64,000 nt of DNA, taken from NCBI GenBank assembly GCA_023379265.1, contig JAMCUI010000004.1, positions 9,273 through 73,272 on the forward strand, in the 5' to 3' direction. The position numbers were made by a program, and so were the translations under genes. The stretch comes from Patescibacteria group bacterium. GTDB taxonomy: Bacteria > Patescibacteriota > Microgenomatia > 2-02-FULL-39-11. This document shows, in pieces, positions 21,982 through 35,471 of this stretch (its first letter is position 1; each line of letters begins with the position of its first letter). The notes beneath the pieces are model-generated. The model ran no database searches. It was not told where the DNA came from and saw nothing but the letters and a program-made list of their open reading frames with translations.

Positions 21982-22009
21982 TCCCCTGTAACACGCAGGT
22001 TACAGGGGA
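21982..22009 (-). terminator. 11-bp stem hairpin right after the major pilin gene (terminator or mRNA stabiliser)
   Basis: TCCCCTGTAAC-ACGCAG-GTTACAGGGGA; no clear U-tract. Confidence 0.6.
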
Positions 22010-22016
22010 AAAGTAC

Positions 22017-22571
22017 TTATTTAATACACCAGTAACAGGCAGTACCCGTCGAAGTTACGGAGAGACAATTTGCTCCCGTTGATCCATCACTATTATATTT
22101 TGCGTTCGCATCATTCCCGAAAGATTTCGACTGAGGAAGGAAACATACGGTCACATTTTGTGTAACTCCGTTTACATCAGCTGTAGACGTCATGTATATT
22201 TTGCCCAAATTGCCCGATCCGGCCAACTGGATAAACTCGGGTTTCAATTCTCCTGCACTTATTATCTGGTTCAGGTAGCCGTTTGGAGCACTAGTCATAT
22301 TCGTATTGGACAGTTGCATAGCATTGACATCAGTCGTCCACGGCCAGACATTCTTGACTGAATAATACCTGATAGCGGAATTATAAACCTCCTCAGCTGT
22401 ATTTCTGGTAGAAGTATCGGTTCCTTTCTTTAACTGCTCAAATGGGTCAACTGTCGCCAGAAGACCTACGGCTAAAGCTCCCAAAAGAGCTATAACGATA
22501 AGAAGCTCAATAAGCGTAAAACCTTTACTTAGAGATGAACGGACAGTTTTAATTTTCAATTCAATTTTCAC
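22017..22571 (-). CDS. Type IV pilin, probable major pilin
   Basis: GFTLIELLIVIALLG; directly after pilC; G-rich SD-like sequence (GGAGGGG); downstream hairpin; C-terminal Cys pair. Confidence 0.85.
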   Translation of the reverse strand: MKIELKIKTVRSSLSKGFTLIELLIVIALLGALAVGLLATVDPFEQLKKGTDTSTRNTAEEVYNSAIRYYSVKNVWPWTTDVNAMQLSNTNMTSAPNGYLNQIISAGELKPEFIQLAGSGNLGKIYMTSTADVNGVTQNVTVCFLPQSKSFGNDANAKYNSDGSTGANCLSVTSTGTACYWCIK

Positions 22572-22621
22572 CCCCTCCAGAAAAATAAAGGATTTTTATC
22601 CGAATCAATAATATCTTTTAA

Positions 22622-23824
22622 CTAAAACTTGCTGGTCAACGAATATATTGGCAATAGCACTGCCATCACTAAAAACCCCACTCCAAGGCCCAATACAACC
22701 ATGATAAGTGGTTCCATAAGGGTTGTCAAGGAACGTATGCCGTTCTCCGCTTCTGTCTGAAAATATATGGATAATTTATACAGGGCGTCACCCAATTTTC
22801 CAGTCTGTTCACCTACAGTCACCATTTGCGGCAATATTGGAGGGAAAAGGCTGGGATCTGATAACGGCTCTGAGAGAGGTAAACCTTTTTCTACCTTTTT
22901 GGCAGCCAGTGAAAAAGCCTCCTGATATAATACGTTACCCGTGGCGTCCTGCGAAATTTTAAGAGCAAGAAGGATGGGGACACCTCCTTCAACAAGCATC
23001 GACAGAGTTCTGGTCACCTCAACTAAAGTGGATTCCCTCACCAAATTTCCAAATACCGGAATCTTAAGAGAAATTGTAGCTAAAATATGTTTACCCAACC
23101 AGGTTTGTTTCCATTTCAAAAATGCGGTAACAAATACTACGATACCGATAATAAGAAAATACCAGCTGTGTAACATCAGGTTTGATATAAAAATGAGAAT
23201 CTGTGTAGGCAGAGGCAAATCCACGCCAAATTCCATATACATTGAAGACAATCTTGGTATCACAACAGTCATCACTATTACTGTAACTATACCCATACCG
23301 GTTATGACTACAGCAGGATACATCAGTGTTCCTCTGACTTTGCTCTGGAAATCTCTTGACTTCTCCAGATTATCCGCCAGTCTAGTCAATATCACATCAA
23401 GCTTACCTGAGGCTTCTCCTGCTTTTACTAATGCAATATAAATCGGTGGGAAAACTTTAGGATATTTTTCCAATACATCCGCAAAAGCCTTTCCACCCTG
23501 CACCTCATCTTCAATTTGGCTGACAAGCTTGAGGGATGAAGGATTATTCATCTGCTGTTGCAATATATTTAAGGCTTCAACCAGCGTCAGTCCGGCCGTA
23601 ATCATTGTCGCCAGCTGTCTAGTAATATGGACCAGATCGCTAAAACTTATCTTACTCCCTGAAGCGGAAAGATTTAAGATCGGTTTTGAGGTCTCCTTCA
23701 AAGAAACGACAAAAAAACCTCTTTCGTGCAAGAGTGAAAGAGCCTGTTGGTTAGTAACCGCTTCAACCACGCCTTTTTGAGTCTTGCCTTCGGCATCCTT
23801 CACCTGATAAGAAAAACGTGACAT
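22622..23824 (-). CDS. pilC: Type IV pilus platform protein (PilC/GspF)
   Basis: RQLATMITAGLTL, GEASGKLD, GEQTGKL, MEPLIMVVLG. Confidence 0.95.
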   Translation of the reverse strand: MSRFSYQVKDAEGKTQKGVVEAVTNQQALSLLHERGFFVVSLKETSKPILNLSASGSKISFSDLVHITRQLATMITAGLTLVEALNILQQQMNNPSSLKLVSQIEDEVQGGKAFADVLEKYPKVFPPIYIALVKAGEASGKLDVILTRLADNLEKSRDFQSKVRGTLMYPAVVITGMGIVTVIVMTVVIPRLSSMYMEFGVDLPLPTQILIFISNLMLHSWYFLIIGIVVFVTAFLKWKQTWLGKHILATISLKIPVFGNLVRESTLVEVTRTLSMLVEGGVPILLALKISQDATGNVLYQEAFSLAAKKVEKGLPLSEPLSDPSLFPPILPQMVTVGEQTGKLGDALYKLSIYFQTEAENGIRSLTTLMEPLIMVVLGLGVGFLVMAVLLPIYSLTSKF

Positions 23825-23840
23825 AATTAGTGTTTGATCA

Positions 23841-24908
23841 TCAGTGTTCCATCAATTGTAAATACCTATCAGGCCGCAAAGCGTATTCCAATGCGACATC
23901 ATGGGAAATAATATTCTGCTCTACCATTTGCCTCAAATTTTCCTCAAAAAGCATCATTCCTGTTTCGGCGGATGTCTGAATAATATTGTCAATCAGATGA
24001 GTTTTCCCCTCCCGGATGGTATTTTTTACACCGGCTGTACCCAAGAGTATTTCACACACAGGTACCCTTCCCCCGGAAGTGCTCGGTACCAACCTCTGTG
24101 AAACAACGCCTGACAACACCATGGAAAGCTGCAATCTCACTTGGGACTGCACGCCGGGCGGAAAACTATCAATAATCCTGTCAATCGTCTGGGAAGTGGA
24201 ATTGGTATGCAATGTCGAGAAGACAAGATGACCAGTTTCAGCAATAGTCAGTGCAGAAGAGATAGTATCATAATCCCTCATCTCACCAACATAGACTATG
24301 TCCGGATCTTCACGAAGTACATTTTTCAGTGCCCCAGCCCATGAATGCGTATCCTGATACATTTCCCGTTGGGATATGATTGATTTTCCCTTTGCGTAAA
24401 CATACTCAATTGGATCCTCAATTGTCACGATATGGCACATCCTACTGACATTTATTTCAGCAATAATAGAGGCGAGAGTAGTAGACTTACCTTGGCCTGA
24501 TGCGCCAGTAAGAAGTATAAATCCTTGGCGCATTTTGACAAATTCATGCAGAATCTGCGGCAGATGAAGTTCTTCTACGGTGGCGACTCTTGAGGGAATA
24601 AGCCTGAACTCTGCAGCAAGGGAATCGCGCTGGTAATAGGCATTTCCGCGAAAACGGTACTCCCTTTTATCATCGGTTTCAAAAACTGAGGAAAAATCAA
24701 GTTCCCTATTTGCAATTAAAAGTTCCTTCTGGGCAGGATTGAGAAGGCTGTAGACCATCTGCTCAATATCCGCAGATGATATCTGGGGGAAAGTAATAAG
24801 AGCATGCAACTCGCCATGAATCCTCAGAGTAGGCACATGGTTTACCACAAGATGCAAATCTGAAGCATTTCTGGAAATCGTAACTGCAAATAATTCCCTT
24901 ATATCCAT
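23841..24908 (-). CDS. pilT: Type IV pilus retraction ATPase
   Basis: ASDLHL, GASGQGKSTT, TIEDPIE, LREDPD, AETGHLVFSTLH. Confidence 0.93.
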   Translation of the reverse strand: MDIRELFAVTISRNASDLHLVVNHVPTLRIHGELHALITFPQISSADIEQMVYSLLNPAQKELLIANRELDFSSVFETDDKREYRFRGNAYYQRDSLAAEFRLIPSRVATVEELHLPQILHEFVKMRQGFILLTGASGQGKSTTLASIIAEINVSRMCHIVTIEDPIEYVYAKGKSIISQREMYQDTHSWAGALKNVLREDPDIVYVGEMRDYDTISSALTIAETGHLVFSTLHTNSTSQTIDRIIDSFPPGVQSQVRLQLSMVLSGVVSQRLVPSTSGGRVPVCEILLGTAGVKNTIREGKTHLIDNIIQTSAETGMMLFEENLRQMVEQNIISHDVALEYALRPDRYLQLMEH

Positions 24909-24916
24909 AATAATCT

Positions 24917-26614
24917 TTATTCCTCCGCCACTCTTATAACCTCTTCTATAGTAGTAGTCCCATCCAAAACCTTGAGATATCCATCCTGTTTTAATGTAAT
25001 CATGCTTTCCTCCCGCGCCTGATTTTCAATCGCTTCTGCAGTTGCCCTCTCCATAATAAGCTTGGCTATCGAAGGAGAAACGATAATTACTTCGAAAATC
25101 CCTACTCTTCCTAAATAACCTGTATTATTACACTCCTTACAACCCTTCCCCCTGTATAAAACAATATCCTGTTTGTCTGGTGGATAAAGCTTGCCCAAAA
25201 CATTTTTGATATCAGCTACAACTTGAGGAGTAGGCTTATAAGTTTCCTTGCATGCTGTACAAATTTTCCTAGTAATTCTTTGGGCTTCAACAGCATTAAG
25301 GACTGACACCACCAGAAACGGTTCGGCACCCAAATCCAAAAGTCTTGGTATGGCTGTGGCCGCATTATTGGTATGCAGTGTAGAAAAGACCAAATGGCCT
25401 GTCAGAGCTGCCTGAACAGCCAGGTTCATTGTCTCATTATCCCTTATCTCACCAACAAGAATGATATTTGGGTCCTGACGAAGAAAAGAACGGAGTCCTG
25501 AAGCAAAAGTGAGACCGGCTGTGGGATTTATCTGAACCTGGCTTAGTCCCACAATTTCATACTCCACCGGATCTTCCAGGGTGACTATATTTACTTTCTC
25601 TGTATTCAGCTTTGACAGAACCGAATATAAGGTAGTGGTTTTCCCAGAACCGGTAGGCCCGGTTACAAGTATTATACCATGGGGCCTGGTGATGGCATTG
25701 TTTAGATAATTAAGCGATATGCCGTGTAACCCCAATTCGGGCAGATCCGGAATACCGCCAGTTTTCTTCAGAAGCCTCATCACAATCTTCTCTCCGTGTA
25801 CAGTAGGCAGTGAGGAAACACGAAGGTCGATCTCATCACTTCCCAGTTTGAAATTAAAACGCCCATCCTGGGGAACCCTCCTTTCATCAATCTTCATTGC
25901 AGACAGTATTTTTATTCTTGAGACAACAGCTTCATGCACTGACCTTGGAAGAGCTAATTTTTCGTGAAGTATACCATCGATACGATAGCGAACGCGGGTA
26001 CGCGTTTCCTGCGGTTCTATATGGACGTCTGAAGCCCTGCTGCGCACAGCATACTCAAGAATGGTAGACACTATTTTGGCAATAGGGGCTTCCTTTATAA
26101 TCTGACCTAACTGTTTTGCGTCAATAGTCTTTACCGTTGCAGTCTCTTTGAGAGCTTCGGAAACTTCAGTAGAAAGGCCGGCTGAGTAAACTTCTTCTAT
26201 CTTCTGAGTAATCTCGCTTTCTTTGGCCAGGTAAGATACTATTGATTTTCCGGATTTTTGCTCCAGAAATTCAATAAGAGGCAAATCAAGAGGATCCACC
26301 ATCGCAATTTTTAATTTGTTGGCTTTTTTATCAAGATCAAAAGGAACCAGTCTGTATTTCCGCGCCACAGGCTCAGGGATAAAAGTCAGAATCTCAGGAG
26401 ATATGCCTCTACCTGATAGGGAAACAAACGGCACGTGATCAATTTTTGCTTTCGCCTCTAAAACTGCATCCTCACTTACCAAATTTTTGGAAAGAAGTAT
26501 TTCAATAGTGCTTTTTCCGGAGTTAAGAGCGCTCAATTTCACCTCATCGGCAATCGTTTGGGAAATTAAACCCTCTTCAACAAGTATCGCTAATAGTTGC
26601 TGGCTGTTATCCAT
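24917..26614 (-). CDS. pilB: Type IV pilus assembly ATPase (PilB/GspE)
   Basis: ASDVHIEP, PQDGR, GPTGSGKTTT, LRQDP, tetra-Cys motif. Confidence 0.95.
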   Translation of the reverse strand: MDNSQQLLAILVEEGLISQTIADEVKLSALNSGKSTIEILLSKNLVSEDAVLEAKAKIDHVPFVSLSGRGISPEILTFIPEPVARKYRLVPFDLDKKANKLKIAMVDPLDLPLIEFLEQKSGKSIVSYLAKESEITQKIEEVYSAGLSTEVSEALKETATVKTIDAKQLGQIIKEAPIAKIVSTILEYAVRSRASDVHIEPQETRTRVRYRIDGILHEKLALPRSVHEAVVSRIKILSAMKIDERRVPQDGRFNFKLGSDEIDLRVSSLPTVHGEKIVMRLLKKTGGIPDLPELGLHGISLNYLNNAITRPHGIILVTGPTGSGKTTTLYSVLSKLNTEKVNIVTLEDPVEYEIVGLSQVQINPTAGLTFASGLRSFLRQDPNIILVGEIRDNETMNLAVQAALTGHLVFSTLHTNNAATAIPRLLDLGAEPFLVVSVLNAVEAQRITRKICTACKETYKPTPQVVADIKNVLGKLYPPDKQDIVLYRGKGCKECNNTGYLGRVGIFEVIIVSPSIAKLIMERATAEAIENQAREESMITLKQDGYLKVLDGTTTIEEVIRVAEE

Positions 26615-26796
26615 GGGCAGTTTATTTATAATTTATCCAACAAATCCACTACACTATAAAACAGTGTTAAATCAGAATCTTTATCTCATTATCTCCATTT
26701 TGGAGTATAATTGTCAACAGAACAAATACATAGACCACCTTCCACTGCAGCTGAATTTCAGGATAAGAGTGAAAATGGCTGTACGGGGCAGAAAAT

Positions 26797-27501
26797 ATGC
26801 AAACATTTCTTTTAGTCTCATCTGATAAAAAATTTATAAAAAAGGCAACTGATGACATGGTAAATAAACTGGGGGTCTCAGATTACAATCTGCACCCAAT
26901 TTATCCCGAACCCTCAATCGGTATAGGACAGGTCAGAAAAATCACCCAACTTATAACAGTCAAAACCTACGCGGGAGGCAACAGGCTTATCATCATAAAC
27001 GATATGGGTAAAGCAACAACCGAGGCGCAAAATGCGCTTTTGAAAATTCTTGAAGAGCCTCCTTTGGGAACTTATTTTCTCTTAACCGTAGATAATGCCG
27101 ACAGACTTTTGCCAACCATAATATCCCGTTCCCAGATTATTTCAAACAGGCTTAGAGATGACAACGAAAGTTCCCCTGTTTCAAAAATCTCTGACCTTAT
27201 AAATCAGGTTATTAACTCAAGTGAAGGTGATCGCCTGATAATTTCCGCTGCCCAGGCAAAATCAAAAGAAGATACTATTATATTAATGGATAATATAGTA
27301 TCGGCGCTGGAAAAAAATATGCAGCAAAACGCCAATACAATTCCTCTCTCCCGGGCAGATACGGCACTTCTTATAAGAAAAGTTCTGGCAGCCAAGGAAT
27401 ATATAAACAGAAATGTAAATTATAAAACCACACTGGATCTTCTATTTTTAGGCTTCCCGAATAAACAACTCTCCCTTAAACCCTCACCCCTCCCTCAATA
27501 A
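26797..27501 (+). CDS. holB: DNA polymerase III delta-prime-like subunit (short form)
   Basis: SIGIGQVR, EAQNALLKILEEPP, LLPTIISR. Confidence 0.8.
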   Translation: MQTFLLVSSDKKFIKKATDDMVNKLGVSDYNLHPIYPEPSIGIGQVRKITQLITVKTYAGGNRLIIINDMGKATTEAQNALLKILEEPPLGTYFLLTVDNADRLLPTIISRSQIISNRLRDDNESSPVSKISDLINQVINSSEGDRLIISAAQAKSKEDTIILMDNIVSALEKNMQQNANTIPLSRADTALLIRKVLAAKEYINRNVNYKTTLDLLFLGFPNKQLSLKPSPLPQ

Positions 27502-27525
27502 TTTTTAATTCCTAAATTTTAATAA

Positions 27526-29577
<2,052 letters not shown>

Positions 29578-29624
29578 ACTTTGTATTGATAAAGTGCACA
29601 AAACGATTTAGCCAATCTCATATC

Positions 29625-29683
29625 AAGTCTGCCGCGCTTGATATATAGCAGAACTATAAAAGTCCGCCACACTTGATACATAG
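29625..29683 (+). repeat. Two diverged relic copies of the gyrB 3' end (KSAALDI*, KSATLDT*)
   Basis: AAGTCTGCCGCGCTTGATATATAG (29625) and AAGTCCGCCACACTTGATACATAG (29660) vs gene AAATCAGCTACGCTTGATATATAG (29554). Confidence 0.8.
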
Positions 29684-29765
29684 CAGGACTATATAGGATT
29701 TGTTATATTAGATATAGCAGAAATAATAAATATATTATAAACAGCCTGATCAATTAGGAGGATAT

Positions 29766-31799
29766 ATGAACAATTACATATTAATGGCGGCGGGAGGAGG
29801 ACTTTTAGCGGTATTATATGGCCTTTTTCTTTCCGCCAGAATTTTCAGACTTCCTTCGGGCACTAAAGATATGCAGGATATATCAGACGCCATAGCCGAA
29901 GGTGCCTCAGCATTCCTCAATAGGCAATATAAAACAGTAGCAGCAATAGCCTTGGTAATATTTGCTATATTATTTTATACACTTGGCCTTCTGTCTGCAG
30001 TTTCTTTTGCTGTTGGAGCCGCCTTTTCAGCCATGGCAGGCTTTATCGGCATGAACGTGTCAGTCCGGGCAAATGTAAAAACAGCCCAGGCGGCCAAAAA
30101 CGGTCTAAGTGACGCACTTGAAGTTGCTTTCAAAGGAGGTTCAGTAACAGGACTAATGGTTGCCGGTCTGGCACTTCTTGCTTTAAGTATAATTTTTTAT
30201 ATAGTCGTAGGAGGAAACCCCTCGGCAGTAAACTTACAACCGGTTGTAACTCTCAGTTTCGGAGCGTCGCTTATCTCTGTCTTTGCCCGTCTGGGTGGAG
30301 GTATTTATACAAAAGGAGCGGATGTCGGGACGGATATGGTCGGTAAAATTGAAAAAGGCATCCCGGAGGACGACCCAAGAAACCCAGGCGTGATTGCTGA
30401 CTTGGTAGGGGACAACGTTGGCGATGATGCCGGAATGGCCGCTGATCTTTTTGAGACTTATGTAGTGACCGCAACCGCTGCCATGCTTTTGGCACAGCTT
30501 ACTATGCCGGGCTTCACAAATGCCCTTGTTTTTCCATTAATTGTCGGCGCGGCGGCCATAGTCACCTCAATTATAGGCACGTTTTTCGTAAAACTGGGCA
30601 AGAACGGGAAAATTATGCCGGCACTTTATAAAGGACTTATAACGACAGCAGTACTTTCGGCCATAGTCTTTTATTTTGTCACAAAGGCAATCATGACAGG
30701 AAACGGCATGTACACAAGCCTTAACCTCTATCTTGCCAGCCTCATTGGAATAATAGTGACTATTGGCATGGTGGCAATAACCGAGTATTACACATCAAAA
30801 AATTATTCACCCGTAAAGGAAATTGCTCAAGCTGCAAATACAGGACACGGGACAAACATAATTGCGGGTCTTGCCATATCGATGAAATCCACACTTTTGC
30901 CAATATTATTGATATCAGCCGCCACACTTTCCGCCTACTATCTTGCAAATCTTTTTGGGATTGCTATTGCTGCAGTTGCCATGTTATCTCTTACCGGAAT
31001 TGTTGTCGCAATTGACGCCTTTGGTCCAATCACAGATAACGCAGGAGGAATAGCAGAGATGACAAACCAGCCGGAAAAAGTCAGGGAAGTAACGGACGCT
31101 CTGGATGCTGTCGGCAATACAACTAAAGCAGTAACCAAAGCCTACGCCATAGCATCGGCCGGTCTTGCAGCTTTAGTCCTTTTTGCCAGCTATACCCAGG
31201 AATTGTCAAAATCCGTAGTCTTAAACACGCTGCAGCTGACAGCCAGTTTTTCTCTCTCTGATCCAAAAGTGCTTGTCGGTCTGCTCATAGGCGCAGCCTT
31301 ACCTTATTTTTTTGGCGCCCTCGCTATGGAAGCGGTCGGGAAAGCTGCTGAAGCGGTAGTAATAGAAGTGAGGCGGCAGTTTAAGGAAATCAAAGGAATA
31401 ATGCAAGGTAAAGCCAAACCCCAATATGGGGTAGCTGTAGATATAGTCACGAAATCAGCATTAAAAGAGATGATATTACCAGCCTGTCTTCCTGTAGCTA
31501 CTCCCATAATAGTAGGATTTATCCTGGGTCCTTATGCATTGGGAGGATTCCTTGTAGGAACAATTGTTACGGGTCTTTTTGTAGCAATCTCCATGACGAC
31601 CGGCGGGGCTGCCTGGGATAACGCCAAGAAATATATCGAAGAAGGCCATTTTGGCGGGAAAGGCAGTCCGGCTCACCAGGCTGCGGTCACCGGCGATACG
31701 GTAGGAGACCCTTATAAAGATACCGCCGGTCCCGCTATAAACCCGATGATAAAGGTAGCAAACATTGTTGCGTTACTGATAGCAGGCTTTATTCATTAA
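29766..31799 (+). CDS. hppA: Membrane H+-translocating pyrophosphatase, K+-independent type
   Basis: [34 protein letters not shown] (Lys = K+-independent), [10 protein letters not shown]. Confidence 0.95.
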   Translation: MNNYILMAAGGGLLAVLYGLFLSARIFRLPSGTKDMQDISDAIAEGASAFLNRQYKTVAAIALVIFAILFYTLGLLSAVSFAVGAAFSAMAGFIGMNVSVRANVKTAQAAKNGLSDALEVAFKGGSVTGLMVAGLALLALSIIFYIVVGGNPSAVNLQPVVTLSFGASLISVFARLGGGIYTKGADVGTDMVGKIEKGIPEDDPRNPGVIADLVGDNVGDDAGMAADLFETYVVTATAAMLLAQLTMPGFTNALVFPLIVGAAAIVTSIIGTFFVKLGKNGKIMPALYKGLITTAVLSAIVFYFVTKAIMTGNGMYTSLNLYLASLIGIIVTIGMVAITEYYTSKNYSPVKEIAQAANTGHGTNIIAGLAISMKSTLLPILLISAATLSAYYLANLFGIAIAAVAMLSLTGIVVAIDAFGPITDNAGGIAEMTNQPEKVREVTDALDAVGNTTKAVTKAYAIASAGLAALVLFASYTQELSKSVVLNTLQLTASFSLSDPKVLVGLLIGAALPYFFGALAMEAVGKAAEAVVIEVRRQFKEIKGIMQGKAKPQYGVAVDIVTKSALKEMILPACLPVATPIIVGFILGPYALGGFLVGTIVTGLFVAISMTTGGAAWDNAKKYIEEGHFGGKGSPAHQAAVTGDTVGDPYKDTAGPAINPMIKVANIVALLIAGFIH

Positions 31800-31805
31800 A
31801 AGTCA

Positions 31806-31877
31806 GGACCTGCCATTAATCCTATGATTAAAGTGGCAAATATTGTGGCTCTCCTTATCGCAGGATTTATACATTAA
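31806..31877 (+). repeat. Synonymously recoded copy of the last 23 codons plus stop of hppA
   Basis: Encodes [23 protein letters not shown], identical to 31728-31799 at protein level; 18 nt differences, all silent. Confidence 0.95.
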
Positions 31878-32025
31878 GGTTTACGCGCAAGAATGTCTTC
31901 CGAAATGGCCGGTTGAAGAGATTTCCAATCATTAAAAGTAGATGGTAACTTTAATGAAAAATAAGTGAAATTTGTAAAAAGACTGCCGGAAACAGTAAAT
32001 CTTATAAAACAATTGTTAAATTATT

Positions 32026-34596
32026 ATGAATGACATAGGCAAATTACAGCACTCGGAGATAACTGCAGAGATGAAGCGCAGCTACCTGGACTATGCCATG
32101 AGCGTCATAGTCTCGCGTGCTCTACCAGACGTGCGTGACGGCTTAAAACCGGTACACAGGCGCATACTTTATGCCATGCATCAGATGGGACTCCATTTCT
32201 CCGGTAAAAATACCAAATCCGCCAAGGTAGTCGGAGAAGTGTTGGGAAAATACCATCCTCACGGGGATATGCCGGTATACGACGCTTTAGTACGTCTGGC
32301 ACAGGAATTTTCCATGCGCTATCCCCTCATCAAGGGTCAGGGTAATTTTGGCTCAGTGGATGGAGATCCACCGGCAGCTATGCGTTATACGGAAGTAAAA
32401 CTAGCCAAAATTGCCGAGGAAATGCTTCTTGATATTGAAAAAGAGACGGTAAAATTTTCCGATAATTTTGACGGAACTCTTAAGGAACCGGACTGGTTGC
32501 CGGCCAAACTGCCAAATCTTCTCCTTATGGGTTCAGACGGAATAGCGGTAGGCATGGCTACCAAAATACCTCCCCATAATCTCTCAGAGATTGTTGATGC
32601 CATAGTTTATGCCCTTGGGAAAAGCAAGTTTGTAAAAAAAGAGGAAGAAACATCCGACATCACGCAACTGGCCTCAAACAACCAGTCCTCACCGGTCAAG
32701 AAAAAAAGCGAGGAAAAACAACCAGCAGTACAAACAGTTCTGAAAACCGATGTAACTTTGGACGAGTTAATGCAGTTTGTAAACGGACCGGACTTCCCTA
32801 CAGGTGCCGCAATCTATGACATGGAAGAGATAAAAAATGCTTATGCCACCGGACGGGGCAAAATCATCATGCGTGCCAAAGCCGAAATTGAAGAAATAGG
32901 CAATGGCAAATCAGCCATAATCGTAACTGAAATACCTTATCAGGTAAACAAAGCCATGCTTATAGCCAAAATTGCCCAACTGGTCAAAGACAAAAAAATT
33001 GAGGGCATATCGGACCTCCGGGATGAATCAGACAGACATGGTATAAGGGTAGTAGTGGAACTCAAACGCGATGCCGTACCCAAAAAAGTCCTCAATAATC
33101 TTTTCAAACACACTGAAATGCAATCAAGCTTCCCTGTAAATATGGTAGCCCTCGTTGAGGGCACACCCCAAACCCTAACCCTTAAAATGATCGTTGAGGA
33201 ATACATAAAACACCGCCACCAGGTCATAAAACGCCGCAGCGAGTTTGAACTCCGGGAGGCCAAAGCCCGCGAACATATTCTGGAAGGCCTAAAAATTGCC
33301 GTAGACCATATCGATGAAGTAATAGAGATCATAAAACGAGCAAAAGATGTAGAGGACGCAAAGATAAAACTCATGTCCAAATTTTCGCTCAGCGACATCC
33401 AGTCACAAGCGATTTTGGATATGCAACTGAAGCGCCTGGCTGCCCTTGAAAGGCAGAAAATTGAGGATGAACTGGCAATGATAAGGGAAACAATAGCTTA
33501 TCTTACAGACCTTCTTTCCCACCCAGAAAAAATTCTGGTAGTGATAAAGGACGAACTCCTGAAACTGAAAGAAAAATATGGCGATGAGAGACAAACCAGA
33601 GTTTACAAATCAAAAGTCGGCGAATTCTCAGACGAGCAGCTTATACCAAATGAAGAGACTGTCATCGTCATTACAAAGACTGGTTATGTCAAAAGACAGT
33701 CACCCTCATCATTTAAGCTTCAGGCAAGAGGCGGAAAAGGTGTAATAGGAATTACAACCAAAGAGGAAGACAGCATACAGCATTTGCTTTCCGCTTTTAC
33801 ACACGACAATATCCTTTTCTTTACCAATAAAGGCAAAGTCTACCAGCTGCGGGTCTGGGATCTGCCTGAGGGCACAAGGATAAGCAAAGGCCAGGCCATA
33901 GTAAACCTCATCAATATCGACCAAAACGAGCTTGTAACGTCTGTCCTTTCCTACGCGCTAAAGGGAGAAGAAAGCAAAAAATATTCATACATCACCATGG
34001 CCACAAAAAAAGGAACAGTAAAGAAATCAAAACTCAAAGAATATGAAAACATAAGACGAAGCGGACTTATAGCTATCAAACTTGAGTCAGGTGACGAATT
34101 GACATGGGCCAAACTATCTACAGGAGAGGACAGCGTGCTTATGGTCTCGCACGAGGGTAAATCCATCAAATTTTCAGAAAAAGAAGTACGCCCCACCGGA
34201 CGTGACACAATGGGTGTAAGAGGAATACTTATAGGAAGTGAAGATTATGTCATAGGCATGGAGATAATTGGTCCAGACAGCAAGTCACTTGATTTCCTTA
34301 CAATAATGGAAAAAGGTATAGGCAAAAAGACACCCACGTCTGGATTTCCCATGCAACACAGGGGTGGACAGGGAGTCAAAGTAGCCCAGGTTACACCCAA
34401 AACAGGAAAAGTGGCCTGCGCGCAGCTTATACCCGCCGACTGTCAAAATCTGGTTTTGACTTCCCACAAGGGACAAGTAGTCAAACTTCCAATCATTTCC
34501 GTACCAAAACTGTCCCGTGCTACTCAAGGGGTCATCCTGATGCGATTTTCCACAGATAAAAATGACTCAATAGCGGGTGCTACCTGTCTTGCATAA
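32026..34596 (+). CDS. gyrA: DNA gyrase subunit A
   Basis: [28 protein letters not shown] (catalytic Tyr), GyrA-box QARGGKG. Confidence 0.97.
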   Translation: MNDIGKLQHSEITAEMKRSYLDYAMSVIVSRALPDVRDGLKPVHRRILYAMHQMGLHFSGKNTKSAKVVGEVLGKYHPHGDMPVYDALVRLAQEFSMRYPLIKGQGNFGSVDGDPPAAMRYTEVKLAKIAEEMLLDIEKETVKFSDNFDGTLKEPDWLPAKLPNLLLMGSDGIAVGMATKIPPHNLSEIVDAIVYALGKSKFVKKEEETSDITQLASNNQSSPVKKKSEEKQPAVQTVLKTDVTLDELMQFVNGPDFPTGAAIYDMEEIKNAYATGRGKIIMRAKAEIEEIGNGKSAIIVTEIPYQVNKAMLIAKIAQLVKDKKIEGISDLRDESDRHGIRVVVELKRDAVPKKVLNNLFKHTEMQSSFPVNMVALVEGTPQTLTLKMIVEEYIKHRHQVIKRRSEFELREAKAREHILEGLKIAVDHIDEVIEIIKRAKDVEDAKIKLMSKFSLSDIQSQAILDMQLKRLAALERQKIEDELAMIRETIAYLTDLLSHPEKILVVIKDELLKLKEKYGDERQTRVYKSKVGEFSDEQLIPNEETVIVITKTGYVKRQSPSSFKLQARGGKGVIGITTKEEDSIQHLLSAFTHDNILFFTNKGKVYQLRVWDLPEGTRISKGQAIVNLINIDQNELVTSVLSYALKGEESKKYSYITMATKKGTVKKSKLKEYENIRRSGLIAIKLESGDELTWAKLSTGEDSVLMVSHEGKSIKFSEKEVRPTGRDTMGVRGILIGSEDYVIGMEIIGPDSKSLDFLTIMEKGIGKKTPTSGFPMQHRGGQGVKVAQVTPKTGKVACAQLIPADCQNLVLTSHKGQVVKLPIISVPKLSRATQGVILMRFSTDKNDSIAGATCLA

Positions 34597-34631
34597 AAAG
34601 CTGGAAGTAAATAAATTCTCGGACATTTTCA

Positions 34632-35471
34632 ATGAAAATTGACGGCAGAAAAATCGCCTACGGAATAAAAAATAGCCTGAAGAAGCAGGTAAACATCATC
34701 CTTTCTCAAAATATTTCTCCTCATCTTGCGGTAATTATTGTCGGGAAGGATAAAAGTTCGCTTGCCTACGTCAGGCAAAAACAAATAACCGGCGCCGATA
34801 TTGGAGTAAAAGTATCTGTAATATCCTTTCCTGATAATCTGGCGCAAAATAAGCTTTTTTCAGAAATTGACCGATTGAACCAAGATCGGTCAGTCCATGG
34901 CATCATAATCCAAAGGCCTCTACCAATAACCGTAGACAATATAAAACTTGATAAGGCCGTAACTCCACAAAAAGATGTTGATGGCTTTCACAAAAATTCC
35001 TTATTCCGCCCGCCAATAGCCCTAGCCATAATGCATATATTACATAATATATTTAGCACTATAAAAAATGATAAAAATGAAAGTTTTTCCGGCTGGCTTT
35101 CAAAAAAGAAAATACTGGTCATCGGTAGGGGAGAGACTGGTGGTAAACCTATAGCAAATTATTTGATGAAAAATAATTTATCTATAACTATAGCTCATAG
35201 TAAAACAACCGACTTAAAAAGGGCGTGTCTTACCTCGGAAATTATCGTAAGCTGTGTAGGGAAGTCAAACATTGTGCGACATGATATGATAACAAATAAA
35301 ACAATCCTGATTGGAGTCGGACTGCACCCTGAGGATAACAAACTACGGTCTGATTATGATGAAGCTGAAATCGCCCAAAGAGCCGCTTTTTACACACCAG
35401 TTCCAGGAGGTGTAGGACCTGTTAATGTAGCATGTCTCTTTGAAAATCTAGTTAAAGCGTGTAAGATATAG
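34632..35471 (+). CDS. folD: Methylenetetrahydrofolate dehydrogenase/cyclohydrolase
   Basis: YVRQK, HGIIIQRPLP, KDVDG, TPVPGGVGP. Confidence 0.93.
   Translation: MKIDGRKIAYGIKNSLKKQVNIILSQNISPHLAVIIVGKDKSSLAYVRQKQITGADIGVKVSVISFPDNLAQNKLFSEIDRLNQDRSVHGIIIQRPLPITVDNIKLDKAVTPQKDVDGFHKNSLFRPPIALAIMHILHNIFSTIKNDKNESFSGWLSKKKILVIGRGETGGKPIANYLMKNNLSITIAHSKTTDLKRACLTSEIIVSCVGKSNIVRHDMITNKTILIGVGLHPEDNKLRSDYDEAEIAQRAAFYTPVPGGVGPVNVACLFENLVKACKI

Noticed and set aside
31728-31877. hppA pair as a DGR template/variable repeat
   Set aside because: Differences are not adenine-specific, are all silent, and no reverse transcriptase is present.
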